This document shows positions 47,671 through 60,469 of a DNA stretch of 64,000 nt, piece by piece. Position 1 is the first letter of the stretch, and each line of letters begins with the position of its first letter. The DNA is from Azolla caroliniana (taxonomy: Eukaryota; Plantae; Polypodiophyta): positions 13,516,001 through 13,580,000 of the forward strand of contig JBHGNT010000007.1 of assembly GCA_043228905.1 (NCBI GenBank). Direction: 5' to 3'. The notes beneath the pieces were generated by a model. It saw only the letters and a program-made list of their open reading frames with translations, had not been told where the DNA came from and searched no databases. A program made the translations under genes and the position numbers.

Positions 47671-48894
47671 TCAAGCAACCATAGTTTCCTCTTGTTGGAG
47701 CAACATAGAAGCTTTTGCTTTAGCATCATGATAGCCACCATATACATAGGAGATCAAACCCCATATGGAAAGGACAACGGATATTACTTTGAGGGTAGAG
47801 AAGGGATCATGAAAGACGATGATGGCAAGAATGGAGAGGAGAGGGAGCATCCCCGTGGTGAGAACACAAGAAAGGAGGGAGGAAGCAAGAAAGATGAGGC
47901 CCAATGAGCCAAGGAAAAACAATTGCCAACAAATGGCGGATCCCACGAGCACGAGCGAGTAGAGGATGGGGCCCAAGCTAAATCTCTTCGAAGCTTCGTG
48001 AGATATCGACAAGAACTCGCCACTAAAACCCATGCCTAGTAAGGAGAAGATAGTGGCCAACATGGCTATAGTGGTTTGTGCTTCCAAGATGACACAAAAG
48101 GTAGACTTGAGGATGACCTTACGATAAGTAAGCTCCATGAGTGGGAGGATGAGGCCATAGAGTGCAGCAGCCCCAAGGGCAGAGAGAAATCCAAGGACAT
48201 ATTGGGCATGTGAGGTGGAGGGTGGTAGATCAGAGTCGGCCGATGCAACATGGAGGCCGAGGAGGAGTGCGGAAAGGGTGATCGCGAACACGGCATTGAG
48301 CGAGGACGCGGTGAACCGATGCCGGACAAGGGCATACGAGAAGACAGCATTAAACACGAGCTGGGATGCGGTGAGGAGCGCATCGGTGGAGACGGGCAAA
48401 TACGAGAGGCCCCAGGCAAAGAGGAAATTGTCGGCCGTGGTAAGAAAGCCGAGGCCAAGGAAGATGGCGATGAGGCGAGGGGTCACGTGTGCCCCGCTAA
48501 AGGCACGCGCGGCAAAGAAGGCCCGCACGAGGCCGACGCAGTTGTTCGAAACCAAGTGTTGTCTCCATTCGCGGTCATGGGTGCCCTTCCATTCCATGTA
48601 GTAACAAAACACTAGGGGTGGAACCAACATAGGCCAGCCTATGGTTTGGAGGGTTGTGAAAAGCCATCTTTGTTGACCTCCCTCATTAAAGTATAACCTC
48701 CCGAGCAACATCCCACCAGACACGCCCACCATGATCATGAGGCAACATGTGCAAAGCAATGCCCAATGTGCCAACCCCTTCCCTAAATATGTACTTGCCA
48801 CTGCCTCCTTAACTACCTCCATGTTCTCCTCCTCCTCGACATTTGGTTGCATCCCCTCCCCCACACGCCGCGACCCCTCCTCCGCCCCTACCAT
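47671..48894 (-). CDS. PUP: Purine permease (PUP family, DMT superfamily), single exon, 407 aa
   Basis: LLGRLYFNEGG..WLFTTLQTIGWP, DNFLFAWGLSYLPVST..LL.ASQLVFNAVFS, ALYGLILPL.EL, WQLFFLG, WGLISYVYGGY; about 10 hydrophobic segments; intact ORF. Confidence 0.93.
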   Translation of the reverse strand: MVGAEEGSRRVGEGMQPNVEEEENMEVVKEAVASTYLGKGLAHWALLCTCCLMIMVGVSGGMLLGRLYFNEGGQQRWLFTTLQTIGWPMLVPPLVFCYYMEWKGTHDREWRQHLVSNNCVGLVRAFFAARAFSGAHVTPRLIAIFLGLGFLTTADNFLFAWGLSYLPVSTDALLTASQLVFNAVFSYALVRHRFTASSLNAVFAITLSALLLGLHVASADSDLPPSTSHAQYVLGFLSALGAAALYGLILPLMELTYRKVILKSTFCVILEAQTTIAMLATIFSLLGMGFSGEFLSISHEASKRFSLGPILYSLVLVGSAICWQLFFLGSLGLIFLASSLLSCVLTTGMLPLLSILAIIVFHDPFSTLKVISVVLSIWGLISYVYGGYHDAKAKASMLLQQEETMVA

Positions 48895-50998
48895 TAAACT
48901 TATGTCTTAGATAGTAAATCACCTTGGAGCCACATATATGATCATTATTATCCACCATTCTTAGACATAAGATGTACCCACAATAATTGATTCCAAATCG
49001 TGGCAGTACTGGATTTTCAACATATATCATCATGATGATGTAGGATGACTTTGTGTGGACCTTCCGTGTTGGAGTATTCAAACTCAGGGACTAGGGCAAT
49101 GACTTTAACCAACCACTAAGCAAACTACCGAGGGACCATCTACGTGGCCTCTTAATGTGGGTTGGGGAGTCCAACTACCATCTTCCACTCTTTTATTGTT
49201 GATGATAGTAGGGCCAATTCTCTACTGAAAATTAAGACTTTTTAAACACCCCCCCTAAAATGAGTATGTAATTTTCCATTCAGAATTATTACCAAAGGAG
49301 GTTTATGACATATCGTCCTTCTACTATTAATTTTCTCCCCACTTTTTAAACAAGTGAACCGTCCTAGTTTCGTGGAAATTGAAGATTAATGTGTTACTCG
49401 CCTTTCAAAGCTACAGGTGAATATGTCCTTAGTAATCGAGAGGCTCCATTTTCCAAACAATGGATTCGATAAACCATTAAATTAACCAACATTATTAGAA
49501 ATGTTGGTGTGAGTGAATGCATCTATCTCATGTGCCAATAGTGCTCCTGGTTTTTCTTGATTCCTGTGATTTGGAGATTCACCTTTGTTTGATCCATCAT
49601 AATTCCATACTTTTGGAATAAAGGCTAACCAAGCTTTTCCGAGTTTCTATTGGTATACAAGAGTTTCACAACAACTCATAATGGTTTAAAGAACTCAAGT
49701 ATGACGCCTAAATCTTGGGAAAATCTTCTATCTTTTAAGATACCATCACTTTTCTCAAGAAAAGGACACAAAGCACCATTTCTTTTGTGGATTCCTATCA
49801 TTCTTATCTAGGATACGTCTCTTTATATACCTGTCTCCTACAAATTATAAATCACATAATCTTGGACTTATACACCCTTGCTTCATCAAGTTTGAATATG
49901 TACTCAATGTGCTAAACATTCTCATAATTGTTTTGCTACAAGTTATCATCATCACCTTTGTACTCAGATTTTTTGACCACTAGATGGTGCTTATACATCA
50001 CAATAAAATCCTATTACAACACTCCATGTGAAAACTTCACGGGAAACACTTACGATTTTATATCCCTTTCTTTCTGAGCTTCCACCTTTGTATTTGGACC
50101 CCTTGAGCACGAGAACTCAAGATAATTGAAGACTTGCCCTTAAGCCTAGAGCTTAATGAGAATATGAGAAAAACAACATTGGGGAGGATGAGATAGCATC
50201 TTTCACCACCTCGCCTTAATGCCACTTCGCTATTATGCAAAATGCGACAATAACATCTATGTAGACGTTGTGAATTGTACTTATAATGTTAGTTGGTTGG
50301 ACCTAGTGTAAACCCCTCCAACCCTAATTATAAAAGGGTATAATCTAGGGCATGCAAGGTAACTCTTGTAAGATAAAGTGCTTACTATTATAACAATGAT
50401 AGATACAATGCTCTTGCATTGCCTCCAAATTCAACATTTGTTTCTACCCACATACTCTCTCTCTCTCACTCACTCTCCCTAAACCCTATTATAACTTGAG
50501 AAAGATGTGGAGGCTCATGTTTCACATGTGTTACACCAAATTTCAAACCGACTTCTTATCCTCACATGGAAATGACACAATATTATATGCTAAATCCCAT
50601 CCAATGTGTTGCACATGTTTCACATGTGTTGCACCAAAGTTGGAACCAACTTCTTCTCCTTGCAAATAATGACACTCGACATTATATGCTTGATGCCATC
50701 CCTTTGTCCACTATTTACAGCATTGCCTACACACAGTTCATTTTCTATTCAATGTAAGATGAGGAGAGGAGACTTGTCAAAAATGCATACTTTTCCTTTA
50801 ACAAGTTCAGGAGTCAAAAGTTTTATATTTCGATACAATTTTGCATTGAATTACATTTGAGTTTGCATTGCACGCATGGTCGTTTTGGTTCACTCTTCAC
50901 ACACATTCTTTTCACAATCAAAATGTATTTTCTCGATTGCAATGTTTGTTAGTAATTTTCTCTTGAAAATGGGAATTTCACCAAATCATTCCGACCAA

Positions 50999-52532
50999 TG
51001 TTAGTAAATTAATTAATTGTGAATAGTTATTTATTAGAAAACTCTAAGAGAGAAAACTCTTTATTGAAGGGTTGTAACTTTTGATTACTTGCTTCTATAA
51101 ATAAGCCATTTGGATATGTAATACATTAAATCAAAATAAAGCAAACATGGAATCAAAATAGAGCAAATTTTCCTAACTGTGTATTCTCTAGTCACTACTT
51201 CCTATTTGTACAATTGCCGACTTCTACATGGTATCAAAGCACTAGATTTCTGCATCTATCAAATAAGAGTAGACATAATCCAAGAAGCTTTGATCGATTT
51301 TTCATCAAGAAGAGCACTAAGCCATATAGCCCTCTTCAATAAAAATAGCACAATCCTCAACTCAACACACATAAACTTTCATTAGTAATGTTAACAAAGC
51401 AAAATTGTCACATTTGGAGTGTTCGACTCAAATTATTATTCCAATACTACAAACTTTGGAATATAGATAGTGTTAGGAGCATCACCAAAACCTGTTATTG
51501 CCGAACCTAATCAAATTATCTAGGAAGAGAAAGACCTGGAGGCAAAGATGGAGCTACAAATGCATATATTGAATGTTCAAGGAGAAGTAGTTAAAAAGCT
51601 ACAAAATTCACATCAAATTTGGGAGAAATTGAAGTCACAATACGAACCAAAGCCTAATGCAGCACAAGGGCACATACTACATGCATATGTATAATGTCAC
51701 ATTAACAATGAGAGAAGATGATGACGTAGATGACTTCCTAACTAATTGGGATGAAACTCGATGATACACTCACATCTGATTTGGACATTTTTGACAAGCT
51801 ACAAAAATGTTTACTATTAGAAGTTGTACCCTCTTTTTGGCCATCTTTTGTAACTACACAAAATTTTAACAAACAAGTCATTATGGAAGACCTCATGGGA
51901 GACATAAGACAAGACGACTTGATGAGAAAGAAACGAGAAGAAAACATATTGACACAAGCAATTGCGCTGGCAATCTACCGACCTCATTACAAGACACCAC
52001 AAAGAAGATACAAGAGTTTCAAGAGAGAATGGACTAATGCACCTAAGACTAAAAGAGGAATGAAGTTCACTAAGTCTTATTACAACATTTGCAAAACACC
52101 AAGACACATGAAAAGAATGTAAATCAAAGCAAAAAATTCGAAGATTACCAAGCAACATTCGTCGATCATAAGGGCACATTGTAGAAGAATTGGAGGAAGA
52201 AAAAAATCAAGAAGAAAGAAGAATAAGAAGAAGCAATTTATGCTGCCTCGAGGGAAGAAGATGATGAATTTGAAGTAGAAGGCTACAATGACTTGATGCA
52301 AGCTTTCGTGGATGAAGCGCTTATCGCGGATACACCAACCAAGAAGGATGGTAAATGGTATCTCGATACTGAAGTAACTCATCGTCTCACACATCGATCG
52401 GATTGCCTTCAAAGGTACAAGCCCTTACAAAATTCAATAATTGTTAGATTTGGAAATAATGGAGTGAAGCAAGCATTAGGCAAATGACAACTTACCTTTC
52501 ATATCCCCGGAGGAGGAAACTTCATGATCAAT
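50999..52532 (+). mobile_element. Copia-C: 5' LTR (about 50999-51228), Met PBS and decayed gag-protease
   Basis: tgttag...ctaca then tggtatcaaagc at 51229-51240; WYLDTEVTHRLT protease; cut at 52532 by the next insertion. Confidence 0.75.
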
Positions 52533-54071
52533 TGTAAAAATAGCATGCGGAAGCTTGTAGACAGAATCGGCTTCACCGGATAGCAACAGAAAACAAACAC
52601 AAGTTTAATGGAGAGCTTGGAACATACAGTGTACACGGGAGAGAAAGAGAGAGAGTAGGACAACATAAACTCAATTTCAAAATAATACTCTGTCACTATA
52701 CAATGTGCTCAGTGAGCACTTTTATACAAGTCCTTAAAAGGACTGACAAAAGTATTAACATGTACTTGAACGCTCATACGAGCGACTAACACTAACTCCA
52801 AGAAATATGCCTACGTACTAGGCTACAATCGTAGGCCTCCAACAGCCTACCGGTTACAATCCGATCCAGAATACGATTCGGCTCTTCGATCCGGCTCCTA
52901 GTTCCGGACACCGATCCGGCTCTAGCTTATTCAGTCGATCTAGATCTAGTTGAGCTTGTCCGCTCAACACTCCCCCTCAAGCTCAACTTGAGGTCAGATC
53001 GTGGTGTTAGTGTTCACTGATCCTTTCCTCTAGCTCCTCCTAGAGTCCTCCCGCCTTGCTCGCACTCCTCATCCTGTCCGGTCCCGCTTCCCACGACCCG
53101 TCCAGTTCCATCGCAGCTCCTTCTCGGTTAGTTTGTCTCCTCCTAAGGCCCCTCGTAGCTCCTTCACTGCTGTGACTTCGGCGTTTCCCGACCCAACAGT
53201 TTCTCAGTGTCGGTGTTGACTTCTGTTGCCTTCTTGTCCGCTTGGCCTTGAGTTGATTCGGCTCCTCTGAATCAAACACCTCTTCCGAATTGGGTGCCTT
53301 TGATTCGTTCCAGCTCTTGTCTGAATTGGTTGTCTCCAATTCGTCCTCAATCTTCGGGCCCTTTATCACATCAGACCATGTTCGTGTATGGGCCTTCTTC
53401 TTCCGCTCAACTCTGTCCTTCTTGACTCTACCGTTGTGATTGCTTCTTCCGACTTTTTCGGATGTGCTGACTTCTTCAATCGACTTGGCTCCCTTTTTCT
53501 TCTAGTCTCCACCTGTTTTGGTTGTCTTTCTCTCCAGGTCCTTGTCTAGTGCCATTAACTATTTTTCCTATTTCTGTTTCGGTTCTCCCCATCAAGTGCC
53601 GCATGTCGAGATGCGGCAACCCAAGCATCTCCAAAAAATGTTGTAACTTGTCTAATCTGAGTGGCTTGGTGAAGATGTCGGCAACTTGCCGATCCGTTCG
53701 AACATACCAAAGTTCGACTTCACCTCTCAGGACCCGCTCTCGCACAAAGTGGTAATGCACTTCCATGTGCTTCATCCGAGCATGGAAAACGGGCTTCTTG
53801 GGAAGCTGCATGCTACTCATGTTGTCGCAGAAGATCGAGATCACAGTCGGTACTTCGATCCAGAGGTTTAGGGTTTAGGGTTTAGGGTTTAGCAACCACC
53901 ACTCTTAAATCTGAATTCACAAGTAGCAACGGTGGCTCCCCGATACTCAGCCGAAGTGCTCGAGTAAGCCACTATGGACTGCTTTTTGCTGCTCCATGCA
54001 ACAATCGCGATACTTTGTCGGGATAACAATCCTTGGTCCTTAGTGCCACTTAAATACCTGAGTATTTGGTG
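52533..54071 (-). mobile_element. 3' end of a Copia-A-family element (3' LTR 52533-52969, PPT, RNase H)
   Basis: Reverse-complement homologue of about 34490-36052; KHMEVHYHFVRE...QVADIFTK. Confidence 0.88.
53865..53892 (+). repeat. Interstitial plant telomere repeat (TTTAGGG)3 plus partial units
   Basis: ggtttagggtttagggtttagggtttag. Confidence 0.92.
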
Positions 54072-57000
54072 TGTTGAATACAAGTGTATAATGGACGTAT
54101 TCACACTGTCCCTTTGAACAACCCAAGTTTGGGCTATTTCTATAAATACAATAAAGGGCAGTTGCCCTAGGACAGTCACTATATAAAGTGACTTTGTAAT
54201 CTTTAGAAAAGGTTGGTTGTCATTCTTTGTAACTGTTGTTATTGGAATATAACGATTTCTTTTGTGCCTATCTCTCTCTCTGACTCTGTGTGTCTATCTT
54301 GCTTATGCGCATACATAGGTTCTTCTTAAAATAGAATGTTGCTTGCACTTCCGCATTGACGGCCTTGTCCCCAACATTTGGTATCAGAGCGTTGGAGGTT
54401 CTTCAACCCACTACCGGCCGTCATTGTACACCGCAACATTCTGTTTTTGTAACCTCTTGAAGAACAGAGAAGAGAGAAGACAAATAAGAAGTTTGCATGT
54501 CACTGTGTTAAATCACTAATTGGAGTAAGCTAGCCGGTTGTACTCTGTTTCTATGATTGTAACCACTTGAGGCAAGCTCCCTGTGCAACATCCGACCCAA
54601 TCATGCTTCATTCGGTTAAACGACATCTGAATAGGTCACCAGACGCTATTCACCCGCTTGTTGTAACCACCCGCTACAGATTGGTCTCCTGGCAACAACC
54701 AAATTCATGCTTCATTTGGCTTATCGACATTCGGGAGGATCAGTTGGATCCATCCCTCTCATCGTTGCAGTCCCTCGAAGCAGAATCGGCCCAAGCAATC
54801 GGTTTCTTGTAATCGGTATTCGGCATACAATCGGAAGCAAACCGGGCCCACTCCGACTCGGCAACATTTGGGAAGACCAACCGGTTCTGTCCCTCAAGTT
54901 ACCGGAGTCACTCCGAGCAACTTCAGCAACAAGTATCCGAAACCAAACTGACTTGGGTTCAAATCGACTAAAACGATATCGGGTGAGCTGACCGACTGCA
55001 CCCCACTAAGGTTCGTAGTCAACTCTGAACCAAGTCTTACCAACCGAAACCGAAGCAGATGGCATCAACATCCGGCTCATCGGAGATGAGTGTAAGGAGG
55101 TTCGACGGTTCGAACTTCAACTTCTGGAAGGAACAAATGCAGGACTATCTCATAGTCAAGGGTTAGATAGACCCCAATGAGAATGAAAATCCTCCAGAAG
55201 CATACAAGGCAAACGAGTGGCTAAAGCTGGACAGAATCGTTTGCGCCACGATTCGGATGCACTTGTCAGAGTCAGTGTACTTCACAGTGCAATCATGCAT
55301 GACAACTTTTGAACTTTGGAAAACACTATCGAAAACGTATGAAAAGAAGGTCGCGGCAACGAAGATGTATCTGATCTGGCGCCTCTACAACTTGCGGATG
55401 AAAGAATCCGATTCGGTTTAGGCACACCTCAACGAGTACGAAAGCATAAGCTCCCAAATCTCGTCTCAGGGGACGGAAATCGAGGATGAACTTAGAGCAA
55501 TGACACTCATGAGTAGTCTCCCGTCTTCATGGGAAACTTTCGTTACAACCGTGTGCAATGCTTCAACAATTGTCGTTAAGTACTCCGAAGTCACGAGCGC
55601 AATCCTGACTGAAGCAGCTCGGAGAAAGTCTTTCGCCAAAGACTCGGTAGATGAAGCTTACGTAGTACAAGGTTCGACCGACCGATCGAACAACCGGGGA
55701 AGAAGTTCTTCATGATCGCCGAACAATCAACGAAGCTGGAGCAAGTCCCGGGACAACCGAATCTGCAACTACTGCAAGAAACCGGGACACATCAAAGCCG
55801 ACTGTCGGGCACTCAAAGCAAAACCGACAAAGCTCAGAGAGCAGATCAGAGGTATAGTCGGCATGAGGAGGTCAACTACGTCCGCTCTTCAACCAAAATT
55901 TTGACGACTGACCCGAACATATTGTCCATAGAGAACCCAGTCGAATCAGAAGTTCTGCTTACGACTGAGGAATCGAGCACATGGCTCCTGGACTCGGGCG
56001 CATTATATCATGTGACACCTCACCGATTTCAGTTTCGGCAATACTCGGATCGACACTCCGACTTAGTTCGAGTCGGAAACTCACAGCACTGTGCTATAAT
56101 CGGAATCAGCACCGTAGAGCTCAACCTTCCGGGTGGCTCTGCACTCATACTACACAACGTCCGACACGTTCCTGAGCTCTCAAGTCTCTTGATCTCAGTC
56201 GAACAGCTTGACGAAGCCGGTATGCGTGCAGGATTCTCATCAAGAGGGTGGACACTCCACAAAGGGAACCTCCTGCTTGCTCGAGGACCAAAGGTACATT
56301 CCTCGTATCGTTTATATGTCACACTCAAAGAGGGTGACCTATTTTTGGTTGATATCCCCGTGTCATCGTTATGGCACGGATGACTCGGACACCTCAGCAA
56401 GGTCGGCATAACACACCTTTCCAGAGCCGGTTACATCCCCAAACTCTCCTTCTCGGATCACCAATTCTGCGAGCATTGCAAGTACGGCAAACAGGTAGCC
56501 ACATCACACCCTATATCAACACCAAGAGAATCGAGTCCCCTCGATTTAGTCCACTCAGACGTTGTTGGCCCGATGCCACATCAGTCTCTCGGCGGTGCTT
56601 CGTACTTCGTCAGATCTATTGACGACTCAACTCGGAAGGTGTGGGCTTATGACATCAGAACCAAAGATCGGGTGTTCTCGATCTTCTCCGAATGGATTGC
56701 AATGGTCGAAAAGCAGACCGGTCGAAAACTGAAATGTCTCCGAACCGACAACGGAGGAGAATTCAAGTATGAAAAATTCGTCAAATTCTGCCAGGAACGC
56801 AGCATTCGACGTGAATATATGGCACCCTATAGTCTGGAGCAGAACGAAATTGTTGAACGCTTGAAACGGACGATTCAAGAATGCGTAGTATCCATGCTCC
56901 AACACTCCGAACTGTCGGATGGCTTTTGGGCGGAGGTTCTACTTACGGCAGTACACATAATAAATATGTCGCCAAGTAGACCTATAGGACTTCAAATACC

Positions 57001-60000
57001 TCAAGGAATATGGACCGGCAGTAAGCCGAATTATGACAAGCCGAGGATCTTCGGTTGCGAGGCATACACCCTCATACCGAAAGACGATCGCCGGAAACTC
57101 AAACCAAGATCAAGGAAATGCGTTTTATTTGGGTATGGACCTGACGGCGAGATCGGATACCGACTCTGGAACCCCGAGCACAGACAAATCGTCCGAAGTT
57201 CGAACGTTGTGTTCAATGAGTCAGATATGCATAAAACGGCCAAAAGGCCTATTGAAGTCCGAAGGGTAATATTTTCCGAAGTGCCAAGCCTTCATGACGG
57301 CCCAACCCACAACACGAGATCGGTTTCACGGGTAACCGACAACCCTCGCACCGAATCCACCGATTCGGCACAACCGAATGGCTCGGCTCCCGACTATCCA
57401 ACATCGACACCCGGTGCGACTAGTCTAGTCATACCTCACAGATCCGAGAGACTATCGCAACCTCCGGAGAGGTACTCTCCCGGAATTTTCTTTACCGATG
57501 CTGGCGAACCGACGTCTTATGAAGAAGCATCGGCATCTGGCGATGGAGTCGGAAATGCACTCCATTCGCGCAAACAAGACTTGGGACTTGGTCGAATTAC
57601 CGAAGAATCGGCGTGCTCTTCCATGCAAGTGGGTCTATCGACTAAAAGAGACGTCTAACTCGACCAAACCAAAGTACAAGGCCAGACAAGTTGCGAAGGG
57701 ATTTCGACAAGAACATGGCATCGACTTCAACGAAATCTTTTCACCAGTGGTGAAAATGACGACCGTTCGTTTCATGCTCAACGTCGTATTTGATGGAAGG
57801 AACGTTATGAAGTTCCTTGATACATATAGAAGGGAGATGAATCAGAGGGACGTGTCCAAAGCACGTCAAACCGCAAGCTTCAAGAGAGTTGTCACCAACA
57901 ACGTCCAAAGACGTGTCATCAAACTTCAAGAAGGTAAGACAACATGGTTTGAGTTCGAGAAAACGATACTAGCGGAGTTCGCGACTGAAGATTCAACGAG
58001 GATGACTCGACCTACCCTGATGAAGTGGATAGAGAAGAAGAATAAGAAGATGAGCGCCTCAATCAGTGTACGACAAATTCGACTAGATGTTTAGTCGTCT
58101 CCCCAACACGGACCAAGTGTTGCTTGAAGAGGACAAGACTTTGTACTTCTTGAAGGTCGTGGACATGAAGGATAGACGGGATTTGGGGACTCCTCTCGAA
58201 GACGATACCCAAGCAAATGGGCTCGTAGCGGACTGGATCACAATGAAGCGGGCATGCAATAGGCTCGACAAGCGTCGCCAATGGGTTGATGACACCGACT
58301 TGACAGGATTGACTACCACGGAGAAAGCAAGACCACAGAAAGTAGCTGAGCCGCCAAGACAAACTAACGTGGAAGAAAAGAAGATTGATGACGACATGAT
58401 CGAAGAGCTAGCGAAGAAGTTTGAGAAGGTCACGCTAGCCAACATGAATCGTCGGGGCCCTAAAGGAAAAGAACCCTTTAGATGTGTGTGGTGCGATAGC
58501 ATGGACCACATGAGAAGGGATTGTGCGAGCCTTCGAGAGGCGATCCGACAAAATATCGTATACATAGAGGACAACATGATCTGCTCGACTGAAACTCGAA
58601 GACCCCTATGGATGAATTTCGAAGAGGGGGAATGAAGAAATCTATAGAGGATGCCGATGCGACTCATGTGGATGCGATGCACTATGTTGCGTCGGCCGGA
58701 ATAAGAGTCGAGAAAGACAAGACTGAAGCTGCTAGAGCGGGAGCAAAGTTTTGGACTTCCATTCTCGAATATGAGAAGAAGGGATAAGTCACTTCGAACG
58801 AAGTAGAGCTTGCGGATCGAAGTGTACAAAGTATAACCGGATGGTCGGATCCGGTGGACGACAACACCATACTCGCGGAGGTGATGTGCGACAACCACGA
58901 GGTGTTCGTCGAAGAAAAGAGAAAAAGAATAGAAGAGAAAGGCCCATCAAAAAGACATGAAATCCCCAAACTCTCCTTCTCGGATCACCAATTCTACGAG
59001 CATTGCCAATACGGCAAATGGGTAGCCGCATCACACCTGACATCAGCACCAAGGGAATCGAGTCCCCTCGATTTTGTCCACTCGGACGTCTGTGGCCTCA
59101 TACCACATCAGTCTCTCGGCGGTGCTTCGTACTTTGTCGGTTTTATTGATGACTCAACTCGGAAGGTGTGGGCTTACCCCATCAGAACCAAAGATCGGGT
59201 GTTGTCGATCTTCTCCGAATGGCTTGCAATGGTCGAAAATCAGATTGATTGGAAACCGAAATGTCTCCGAACCAACAACGGAGGAGAAATCAAGTCTGAA
59301 GAATTCGTCAAATTTTTCCGGGAACGCGGAATTCGACGTAAATATACGGCACTCTATAGTCCGGAGCAGAATGGAATTGTTGAACGCATGAATCAGACGA
59401 TTCAAGAACGCTTAGTATCCATGCTTCAACAGTCCGGACTATCGGATGGCTTTTGGGCGGAGGCTCTACTTACGACACTACACATAGTAAATATGTTGCC
59501 AAGTAGACCTCTAGGACGTCAAATCCCTTAGGAAATATGGACCGGCAGTAAGCCGAATTATGACAAGCTGAGGATCTTCGGTTGCGAGGCATACGCCCTC
59601 ATACCGAAAGACGACCACCGGAAACTTGAACCAAGATCAAGGAAATGCGTTTTCCTTGGATATGGACCCGACGGCGAGATCGGATACCGACTCTAGTACC
59701 CCGAGCACAAACAAATCGTCCGAAGTTCGGACGTCGTGTTCAACGAGTCGGCTATGCATAAAACGGCCGAAAGGCCTATTGAAGTCCGAAGGGTAATATT
59801 ATCCGAAGTGCCAATCCTTCATGACGGCCTAGCCCACAACACGAGATTGGTTTCACGGGTAACCAACAACTCTCGCACCGAATCCACCGATTCGACACAG
59901 CCAAATGGCTCGGTTCCCGACCATCTGACATCGACACCCGGTGTGACTAGTCCAGTCATACCTCGCAGATCCGAGAGACTATCGCAACCTCCGGAGAGGT

Positions 60001-60469
60001 ACTCTCCCGGAATTTTCTTTACCGACGTCGGCGAACCGACGTCTTACGAAGAAGCATCGGCATATACAAACTCAGCCACCTGGCATCTGGCGATGGAGTC
60101 GGAAATGCACTCCATTCGCGCAAACAAGACTTGGGACTTGGTCGAATCACCGGAGAGTCAACGTGCTCTTCCGTGTAAGTGGGTCTATCGACTAAAAGAG
60201 ATGCATGACTTGACCAACCCAAAGTACAAGGCCACGGTAAAAACGGCATTCCTCCACGGTGACCTACAGGAGGAAATCTGTATGGAGCAGCCGAAAGGCT
60301 TTGTGTTATCCGGCCAGGTACATCTAGTCTACCGACTCAGGAAGAGTTTATATGGCTTGAAACAAGCACCCCGACAGTGGTACAAAAAGTTCGACAACTT
60401 CATCTAGTCGATCAGCTTCTCCAAGAGCGATGAGGACCATTGTCTCTTCACCAAAACAGCTCAAGACGG
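54072..60469 (+). mobile_element. Copia-D: 5' LTR 54072-54376, Met PBS and decayed gag-pol with an internal duplication
   Basis: tgttga...ccaaca, tggtatcagagc at 54379-54390; gag from about 55059; WLLDSGA; integrase present twice (from 56435 and from 58962). Confidence 0.88.
57789..58962 (+). pseudogene. LTR-less Gypsy-2-family gag fragment inside Copia-D
   Basis: Closely matches the reverse complement of Gypsy-2 gag; lacks the Copia insertion (empty site near 58645). Confidence 0.9.

Noticed and set aside
48809-49081. ORF overlapping the PUP 5' end
   Set aside because: Different frame, non-ATG start, no homology evident
50516-50702. ~98-bp two-copy diverged tandem duplication
   Set aside because: Real but old, with no sign of function
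57498-59531. Copia/Gypsy fusion ORFs (57498-58094, 58854-59531) as novel proteins
   Set aside because: Chance in-frame junctions within sequence full of stops and frameshifts
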